Source: Tubiluchus corallicola (Eukaryota; Animalia; Priapulida). From it: a DNA stretch of 64,000 bases. Location: NCBI GenBank assembly GCA_030141605.1, contig JAQGDQ010000133.1, positions 62,001 through 126,000 on the forward strand. Direction: 5' to 3'. Within the stretch, counting starts at the first letter, position 1, and each line of letters starts with the position of its first letter. A model generated the notes under the pieces. The model saw nothing but the letters and a program-made list of their open reading frames with translations, ran no database searches and was not told the origin of the DNA. The position numbers and the translations under genes were made by a program. This document shows, in pieces, positions 54,707 through 64,000 of the stretch.

Positions 54707-55359
54707 AACCGTAAATATATTTACTGTAATAATATAAAAATCTGGTCATCTGTCTGTGGACTTCCTTTGCTTGAAGTAAGAACTCTTGTTAAGTTTTAAC
54801 GACGATGATGTTGATAAAGGCAGTCCTAAACTGTTCAAGGAAAGCATTACTATAACTGTATATATATGAGTAAACTTTGTGTAAACAGGAATGACTGTGA
54901 CTAATTTCAGCACTAGCGAAAATAAACTTAGAAAGCTCAAGTCACTTCACAGTTGTATCATGTAGAAATTAATTCATTCTTATTTTTTTATTTATTAGCG
55001 TACTTTCAGCAGTAAGCCTAAGTTTACGACAGAGTTAATTTCAGTTATAATTTTTCAGTAGTTGATCCCAAGGTCCTCAATCTGTGCCGTTAACCAAGAG
55101 AAACAACATAATACTGCCATTCGTGTGGATTGCCCTTTAGCAAGCTTGCAGGCCACTTCATGTCAGTCCAAAATTATGGCCTGCACGAAAACTTTTTCAC
55201 ATATGAAATGCATGCTAAAAAGACGTCAGGCGTTGCAGTTTACAATTCCAGGAAAAGATAATAATTATCAGGGTTGCAAAGTTCGATTTAGGAATGGTGA
55301 AAACAAAAGCTAGGTTGGGCCTAATTAGTTGCTTTCTTGAAACGAAAACTAGTATACAC

Positions 55360-55750
55360 AACTGCGCGAATGCAAAGAACTCTGAGAGAAACTGAACTTG
55401 TAGTGAACCAAGTCATGAAATCGCGCTTGGCGTAGTAGGCGTGTCTTAGCGAGATTACTAATTAACATATTGCGCGGACCGGTATGCGCACAAACCCATT
55501 CTTCTTTCGCGGGTTGTAAGCCATTCGTGATTGTAGAGGAAAGTTAAGCTACATCGGTTATGTTTAATGAAGTAATTTTCATATTTTTTGTGATTATTTT
55601 TATGATTGCTTGCTCTTCATGAACGTTTACGATCTGATTTATCGTTCTGTGTAGTTTTTACTTTTTTTTAATGAACAGTTTACACAAAATTTGTGCAAAC
55701 TTTTGACATAAAAATGTACGTGTCCATCCCGCGCGCGGGCTCGAAAGTGA
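55360..55750 (+). promoter_or_regulatory. Cyclin E promoter region with E2F-like sites
   Basis: CpG-rich stretch with GCGCGAA (55364-55370), TTTCGCGG (55505-55512) and a cccgcgcgcggg palindrome (~55728-55739), upstream of the acceptor at 55811. Cyclin E is an established E2F target. Confidence 0.55.
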
Positions 55751-55857
55751 AAACTCCCTCGGTGTCTAACTATTAGTTTTTTATTGGTTTATTTCGTTAA
55801 ATTTATTTTAGGTGATTAAAAGCATGTCTTAAGTCTGGTGTGATTGATTTTATTATG

Positions 55858-58800
55858 ATGTCTAGAAAGAGGTAGGTAAAATTAATAGGCCGATTTTTTT
55901 ACTTTTGGACAATTCAGATGTCGTTATTCGCAAGCTTATTTTTCATGGCAGGTAGTTTCAAACTGTTTCTTCTCTTTGTCTTGATTTTAGCGAACCAATT
56001 CGACAGCAATCAAAAGAATATATGTCTAACGTACCAAGAATATTAGCTCGTGGGAAGAGAAAGGCGGAGGACGTTTTTACGGTGAGTTAAGATTATTTGT
56101 AGTGATGTGATTCTCGTGAACTTCGGTGGAGTTAAAAAGTATAAACTCAACTGTAATTACCTTTTTCACTGTTTGGTTCATTTTATTACAGGATTCTGAC
56201 TGCAGCACTAACATACCGGAGAATAAGAAAAAGCAAATATCAAACGCAATGGTGAGTCGTTTTTTAATAAATTACGTTTTTACTTTGAAGCATTGGCATC
56301 AGCTGGACGCCATATTTGTGCCCTCGGCGCCAAAACTTCTGTGATAATGCTTTCACTAAAGACTTTATGTTCGTTATGTATCACTATCAATTTTATGTTA
56401 ATTTTTTGTGGATGTATTTTATTTATTTTACACCGGATTTTAATCTGGAATTAATGACTGATTTGCTATCTACAAAATAGACTTAATTAATGCCATAACT
56501 CATTAATTGTTATGGCTATAGCAGCACCCCATAGTAGACTAGGATGTTATATAGCTGTACACAAATTTCACGTTAAGAAAGATATGACTTACTAAAGGGT
56601 TTTGCTGTCAAATTGACTATAAATTAAATTTGATGGATTACATCACAATTTGTATTTGTGGTGATTGGTTAAATTCGCATTATAGTAATTTGTCTGAAGT
56701 GTTTCTGAGTTTTAATTCAGTGGTGGTGGAAGTTGCTAGTTGAGTTTTTTTTAAATCATTGTAATACTTAAACAAAAAGTCTGATAATCGTGAAACTATT
56801 CAATTTTCGTTTCTATTGGGCATTAATTATCCAGACAATTTTGTTCTGACTTCTGAAAGGTATTAAGTCTGAATAATCAGACTTACTGAGAACCTATTAC
56901 AGTTGTACTGATCATCCAGACCCAATTTGTCCAGAATATTGAGTTACCCTGACCAGCCTATCTGGATAGATGACAAAAGGTACATTTCACAGTTTTTATC
57001 CATTGTAACCTTGACACTAGTAACCTTAGAAAAACAGTCTTTTTACTTTTTCTAAAAAACAATGAAATCTGCAGCATTTGAAACATTAATTATGTTAGCT
57101 TGAGCAACGTACACGTGCGCGCCACCATGTTTGTTGGCATTTATTACAAAATGCGGCTCAAAACAAAACATTTCAAAATTAAACAAATTTGTTAAATAAG
57201 CATAATATTTGTGCTTTAATGATGTATAGAATATACTTTTGAAATTGGTAAATAATTTTAGAACTATTGCAGCTAAGATCACTGGTAGAAGAATAAATAG
57301 AGTAAAACAAGTTTTAGGCCTAGAAATATTAGCATGCACATACATTTTGCTAGTTCTACATTGTTATATTGCAAAAATCTGTTGTTCAGATAATCAATGC
57401 CCTACAGTATTTCAAGTTTAAATGTAACTATTTATCGGTCTTGTTTATTTCCTGTCATTATAATGTGTTTAACAAGTATTAACTTTGAAGCCATCATCCA
57501 CTGATGTTTATCTGTTTTGTTACTTTAGAGTTTTAAGTACAGTGTGTTTGAAAAAATAATTACAAATCCCAAATTGTACACTTTTTAACTAATTTGTCAA
57601 ACTGTCTAGAAAATATCAACAGTGTGGCAGAGTTTAATAAAATGAAATATTAAGGATGTCGGTGATAGGACAGATTTTACAGAAGATAAACTTAACTACT
57701 GCAGCTGATGAATAAAATAAGCTGGCTTGTTATTTTGTTCAAGTTCAAGTTTATTTTTACTTCAACAAAATAAGGATAGGTGAGATTTCTGCAACAAAAA
57801 ATATTTAAATTTTTAGTATTTCTGAGTTATCATATACTTGCGTGCATTAATGTAATAATCAATCGTGGTCATGGTAGTCAAGTAAAGCTCACTACACTTG
57901 GCACACTAGTACTCCAGCAGGGGTTTAATTGTAGAGCAACTTGGGACGTGGATGTGGATATTTGTCTTATGCCCCTTTATATAATCCATGTTTCATTTGC
58001 AGTACAAAAAAATTAAGTACTGTTCTCATGCAGTCCAACAGTCATAATATTTGTCCGTCAATTCCTCAATTATTTATCTAATGAAAGAGCCAGTATGGGC
58101 AGAACTGTTACTATTCCGATTTTCAAACATAGCATAGACCATTTTAACCTGTAGTCTCAAATAAGCATTTTATTCCATGTAATTGTTGCCAGAAAGTTAG
58201 TAAAATTAAAAGTTAGACTGTGAGCATGGTCAGTAGTGAAGTCACACTTGTGCACAATTTTTTAACTGCAGAAATCTTTCCTTAACATCTTGCATATGTT
58301 TGTAAGCGAAACCTACAAAGCCATGATGCTATGAGTGTGCCAAAATGCAGGAATTCGGCAAATTTTGAATTCACAGTTTCGTGTTCATCATTAACCATAA
58401 TTATAATGTTGAAGTAATGTTCTTTTGTTTATCTGCTGTGTTATTAGTCTCTCAAGCAACTTTTTAGTCACCTGAACTTACACCTGCATAGCAAAAGTTT
58501 GGAGCCCGGGTACTTAGGTGCTTCATGTTCTATTGAGATACATTCCTAGGCACTCTTTGTGCAGCATGGTTTCTAATTTACTTTTTGGCATCCACAAGCA
58601 CCTTTTTCACAGCATGTTTTATCTAAACTTTCAATCCAAATACCTGTGCCGACTCTCCTTCATGGAGCATGTTTTATCCAGAATTCGCAGGATAGGCTGC
58701 TTAGATGGCATTTACACAGCAAGTTTTGTCTAGGTTTTCAAACCTTCATGAGTAGTTGACTCCCTAGACACTATTTTAGCTAGGCTTTCTTAGATTGCTG

Positions 58801-61800
58801 ACTCCCAGACACTTCTCTTGCAGCACGTTTATGTAGACTTTTCTGGATTGTTGGATCTTTGGATGTATTCAAGGTAACTTTAAATGATAAAGCAATGTTT
58901 TGTCTGATATTTCCAGAGCAAGAGGATTTCTCACTAAAAAGTTATTTTGTAGCCAAACTTCTGTCAGACGGTTTTAGAGAATAAATTTTATGAGAAACTA
59001 TTAATGACCTTTATAGTTTAGTAGGTTTTGCATTCCTTACAGAAAATGTACTATGATACATGTACATTTTCTTGATTTTGCGGGGGCGTAGTTGTTTACT
59101 TGGTGGGAGATTACTGTACCTATCTTTGAACTTACCAGTCTTGGCGCTACTGTGGAATTTGATACAAATGTTGTTAATAGTTTACAGTCTGTGCCAGTTG
59201 AGCGGAGATTCAGATCCAGCTACTGCCAAACTAGTTTCCCTTTGTTTAACTTGTGTACAGTTTTGATTTTTCTCGTTTGAGCGCTGCGCCGATATCCTTC
59301 TTGCCTGGACGGGAGTCCCTACATTGCGTCGGATATAGGGACTCCACTAACGAGTTCGATTTTCCGCAATAATGGATCAGAGAGACTCCATTAAGTATGA
59401 TAAACAAAAGGCACGGCTTTTCCACGTAGTGCGGGGTCTGCCAGCAGCTCAGTCGGGCGGGAAATTGCTTTATGCTGATACAGTTCGTACGCAAAAAATA
59501 GCATACTCAGAGAAAGAGTAGATCTCTGTATGATATGAGCTTTACTTTGCATTGATACAGTCAACTGTATACATGTACAAAATTTTATACACATGGCTGT
59601 ATAGGACAATAGAATCTGATTCGCGAAAGTGAAGCACATACAGTAAATACGTGCTGTAACCAGTTGGTTAGCATGTCTGTAGTATGTTCCAAGATGAGAA
59701 GTTTAGATAATTAATAAACTGTGAAGGCTGTGAATTATATTTGCATAGGCGAGTCTCACTCAAAGTCATACTTGCTAACGATCTGATCTGGGTAGTGCTG
59801 TGTACTGTTAAAAAGAATTTCTATTTAATATTAAGCTTACTTTACGTAGAGCGGCTGTGCTCTTTTGTTTTACCAGGCAACATCTGGCTGAACTTTTTGT
59901 GTTTTTGGGAGCCCAAATGCTTCTTATATATGACTATTTGGCCTTTGTCTTTGGTTTCAATTGTTGAGCGCGTTTTATTAAATTTTGTTTATTGGATTTA
60001 CATGACAAAATATCAAATAGTCAATGAAAATTTGGAATTACATTCTTTGTAAAATGTAATCATTTCTTCATTATAAGAACGATAAAAAACATCAGTAACT
60101 TTAACTGAAAATTTTGCTTGCAGTTAAAGATACAGTGTAATAATACATATTTTTGGGACCCATGACTTGACTTCTTCCTGCCCATGATAAAAAACGTACC
60201 TGCCTCTTTGTTACATACAAAGTAACATACACGTGTTCTTTTCCAGTTTCTAGCGTCACCGTTTGGGATTACAAGTTTGCTAACTAATCTTGCTTCTTTT
60301 TTCTGGTGTTGCATTGCATGGTTGAAGACAGTGAAGTGCAATATTCAGTTGTAATTTACCTTGCACCCATCTTTGCTTTAACACTTCTACATTCTTTGAC
60401 GCAGACCCCATGTGAATATGTCCAGTGTCAACTGTAGTGGTTACTTTAATGACGCATTGTGTAGAAAAGTCTTATCTAGAGATTATCTGGTTTACAGTTA
60501 CTTCCCTGGTAGGCTTTTTGCTAATCCAGGGCAGTTTAGAACTTGATTAAGAACAAAACAGTGCTTGAGGCTGCCTTAATACAGACGGTCACAGACCTTC
60601 AGTCGGAAGATACGATATCACAGTAGTTTTTACTTAAAATAACATAGTCTAATTTTAGAGTAATATCACTTTTTGTTCATACGTTTGTTTGTATAAATTT
60701 GCGACCTACCAACATTAGCAAGTATAAGAATATTTACAATGGTTACAAGCATTGGTTTTGAAGCATTTTGAATTAGCTGTGTCTTATAATTAGATCATTG
60801 ATGGTCTCTTCCAAAATTAATATGTTGAAATGATTAAGTTAAATAAGAGCGTTTTTTTAATTGTTTCACTGCAGCAAATTGAAGTAATTGATGCTGGTAT
60901 GTATGTAACATTTATGACTTCTGTGCTTAATTTGAAAAGAATGATTTTATTTTAAAGTAATGTAATAAAAAATTTTAATTTGTTGCCCTAATTAAGGATT
61001 TTGTTTTCAAGTTGGGACTTGATTATGTTAATTACCTGCATTTGAAAAAACACATTTCTGGGTCATTTTTTATTTCAGTAATTTATGGACCCTTAAAGAG
61101 TTCGTTACATCTTTGGTCATTGAATTGCGTACTGACCGAAAATGAAATCACGACACCTATGTTACACACTTGGCTTTTAAACTTACAGCAGCTCCATTAA
61201 CATTCAAGAGTCTTTTAAATTGTTTCTTTTTAATTTCACTTGTGTGCTGGTCTTTATTCATGTTCTTTTGAACACAGAAAGAACCAGAACAATGCATTCC
61301 ATCTCAGTCATCAGCAAATCTGCAATGCCAAGATCATGTTGGCAACATTTCTCTCTGTACACCGGTGGAACAGCCACTGACAGGAAGCAACTTTCGGCAC
61401 CCATCTTTAGAGTCATTTCTTCCTCTTCACATGTTAAGGTTTGCGAACTTAACTTAATTTTATTAAACTTTAAACTGGCTTTTTAGAGTATTGAGTGGCA
61501 TAAATTTATTTTACACATTTCTGTCATGATAGGAGCAGGATTGTGTTTACAAGTATAGATTCCGCATAAAAGTGAGTGGTTTTTATGTCAACATTTTTGC
61601 CTGATATATGCAACAGATATAGTTATGCTTGTTATAGTGTAAAGGAACATAAATTATGCCAGAACACATTTTTTGTGCTAAGGTATATGAAATAGGTATA
61701 TTCATTTACTTATTAATACAAAAATATGGATCAATAACATTTATTTTTTCAACTGGTTATAAATTCGAGTCAAAGTTTGCAGTTTCACAGAAACAATTTT

Positions 61801-62361
61801 TTGTCATATTTTAATTGGGAAATTTGTGATGGTCTATTGCATTATGTATGTTTGGTATATGCTGTATTGTGTATGTTTTATGTAAGTTAACTCGGTAGCA
61901 CGTAAATTCTTAACTTATAAATTTTGCAACTCTAAATACTTTCAGGTTTTCTCCATTACCTGATTTGTCATGGGCAGACTCTGACGATGTCTGGTCACTA
62001 ATGTGCAAAAAGGAAAGAATCTACATTCGAGACAGAGATATGTTGGATCGGCATCCCAGTTTACAATCTAGAATGAGATCTATATTGTTGGACTGGTTAA
62101 CTGAGGTTTGTTTCATTTTATTCCATTTTAAATAAGTTGCTTAATGATAAGTGTATTGTAATTGTAAGAAAGCATGTCCTTCATTTTGATCTACCATTTT
62201 TTTTATTTTCTTAGGTATGCGAGGTATACAAATTGCACAGGGAAACATATTACCTAGCTGTGGACTACATTGACCGGTATTTAGCCTCTGAAGAAAATTT
62301 GCCCAAACACCAGTTACAGTTGACTGGCATCACATCACTATTTATAGCTGCAAAATTAGAG
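55858..62361 (+). CDS. CCNE: G1/S-specific cyclin E, 5' part (continues beyond the right edge)
   Basis: Exons 55858-55871 (MSRKS; an in-frame ATG also at 55855), 55991-56081 (contains [12 protein letters not shown]-like), 56192-56251, 61278-61438 (SLCTPVEQ, degron-like), 61946-62105 ([15 protein letters not shown]...[19 protein letters not shown]) and 62215-62361 ([23 protein letters not shown]...[16 protein letters not shown]). All phases match. Confidence 0.93.
58540..58915. repeat. Degenerate ~50-55-bp-period tandem array
   Basis: Core resembling CAGCATGTTTTATCTA recurs at 58562, 58610, 58665, 58717, ~58770, 58821 and ~58891, with a second motif gactccc(t)agacact at ~58758 and ~58800. Confidence 0.6.
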
Positions 62362-62666
62362 GTAATACTGGTCGTTAAAGTACACTAAAAAGTATTTTGT
62401 ACGGCATCACCATGAAAATATTCAAGCTGTAAGGGTATAGTGAAGTATTTAGAAAATTTGGAGTGCTTACTTGGAGGAACCAATTGAGAAATAGTTTGAA
62501 ATTGAATAGTAATTACATTTTGGAGCAGTTCTGTGCCTCTCAGATGCAAACTCGTGTGGCTTTGTTTTACTAATGAGTCATTGCTTATTGTGTTGAAAAA
62601 CCCTGATGGATGCCTTTCTATATAAACTTTTAACTAGCTATGCATTCAAGAGCATTAGGGGATTCA

Positions 62667-62785
62667 CAGAATAGCTCAGTGGTCGCAGTGTGTACACAGT
62701 AGTCAAAGTCAAGCAATGTTGAGCCTGGTCAATAAATGGATGGGTGTGTGCTACAAAGTTTCATCTGCCACTTATCTCGATAAAA
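62667..62785 (+). mobile_element. Composite tRNA/5S SINE copy in cyclin E intron
   Basis: A-box TAGCTCAGTGG (62672-62682), followed by 5S-like aagtcaagcaatgttgagcctggtcaataaatggatgggtg (62706-62746) and catctgcca. Confidence 0.65.
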
Positions 62786-63164
62786 CACGTTGTGTACATC
62801 ATTTTTGATTCTTGGCTGTCGTTGATAGATAGCTAGATTCTGGCCCTGTCATGATTATTAGTTTTTTGCGTGATTTAACCTGGATTTTGACTTGCAAAAT
62901 GTCGAACTGTAAATGGTTAGTATCCCACGAGAAACTACTACAGTGTAATGTATAATAATATACTATATCACAAGTTTATGAGCTGTCTCTTGAGTGGCAT
63001 ACAAGTTTTATATCACATTTGTGCCCGTTGCATCCCGCCAATCTTCGGCCTCTTATATGTGGCAGCCTATCAGATTTTTTTTCCAATGTTAGATTTGCAT
63101 ATTAACAATTGAACATTCCATTGTGAAACGTAAATATATATAAAAAAACTAAAAAAATTTCAAC

Positions 63165-63870
63165 TAGTGATGGAATGAACCTCTAATTTGCTGAATGAAG
63201 CCATCGCCGAACCTTTCATTTTAGAATCAAGTTGAACTGGATCGTGTGTTGAAATAAGAAATTGCTGGCTGAGCTGAACAGATGCAGAACCAAATTAGGT
63301 TGAACAGTACATTGTTTTCCTTATTGGTCATATTGCAAAAAATGTACAAAATTTGAGAGGGGATCTTTATCTTTTGTACTTAAACTAAAAATGTTATCAT
63401 TGCAGCTCGAACTGAACTGCATCTGAACTTGTATGCTGGACTATTAATATTTTATCAAAAAAGCATTATGAAACTAGGAACAATAGCAAAATTTTACAGC
63501 CAAAAAGAAAAATTTGGCGTCCACAAATTTAAAAGGTAGAACACACAAGTGTACTGCGCAGGGCACTTTTTTAACATTACACTTTTGCTGCTGCTTGTGT
63601 TTTGCATCTACTGTAGGTTTATCGCTGCTGCGAGAAATTCTAGGCACTTGATTATTAGTATGATTATGATGTAGTATGATTATTAGAGTTAATGTATTAT
63701 TAGAGTTAAAGTTTCTTTGCCACATGCTGATTGAGTAACAAAAATACTACACTAATTAACGAACAGAATCTGGCAAGCCGAGTAAAAGCTGTGGGTTGAA
63801 GAAAGTCAAACAAGAGTGCTGAATTATCATTGCCGGGCCAAATCAAACCGAATGGTTGGTCCCATCACTA
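63165..63870. mobile_element. Non-autonomous hAT element, ~705 bp
   Basis: Termini TAGTGATGG...CCATCACTA, 8-bp flanks atttcaac/ttttcaat (6 of 8 match) and repeated GAAC/CCGAA subterminal motifs. Confidence 0.7.
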
Positions 63871-64000
63871 TTTTCAATTTAAGTACTTCTTACCAGTGGA
63901 GCAGATACACTTGAGCAAGTTAAATCACAATTAACCAATCTGGGCTGTTACACGGTGGCTGTTTAGAAGAATCTTGTAATAGAAGTCTTGTATCACTCAT

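Noticed and set aside
54552-54749. ORF with a CV dipeptide run
   Set aside because: It is a translation of a (CA)n microsatellite.
56902-56979. Extra cyclin E exon candidate flanked by AG and GT
   Set aside because: It has a stop codon in the required phase, and the region looks like MITE-type tccagac repeats.
58540-58915. CRISPR-like repeat-spacer appearance
   Set aside because: The repeats are degenerate, the spacers are partly homologous to each other, there are no cas genes, and the context is a eukaryotic intron.
62706-62746. 5S rRNA gene
   Set aside because: Only ~40 nt of diverged control-region similarity, embedded in a dispersed repeat.

Overview
AT-rich, intron-containing animal (invertebrate-like) genomic DNA; the species cannot be determined from the sequence alone. 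I reconstructed six protein-coding genes by hand from splice sites and reading-frame phase. (1) The 5' part of a beta-tubulin (minus strand, runs off the left edge). (2) An intronless TXNDC12/ERp19 (plus). (3) SNRK kinase (minus, 5 coding exons, 760 aa). (4) A short 4-exon DOR/TP53INP-like gene (plus, 143 aa) that the ORF track misses completely and that appears to lack the family's central conserved block. (5) A 6-exon BtpA/SgcQ-family gene (minus, 272 aa). (6) The 5' part of cyclin E (plus, runs off the right edge). Introns and intergenic DNA carry hAT, Tc1/pogo, Kolobok-like and Academ-like DNA transposon derivatives, a tRNA+5S composite SINE family, microsatellites and several hairpins. 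The best leads are the atypical DOR-like gene sharing a likely bidirectional promoter with SNRK next to CLEAR/FoxO-type motifs, and an E2F-motif island inside the cyclin E intron that may drive an antisense spliced RNA containing a degenerate ~52-bp repeat array. No prokaryote-type system such as CRISPR is present.
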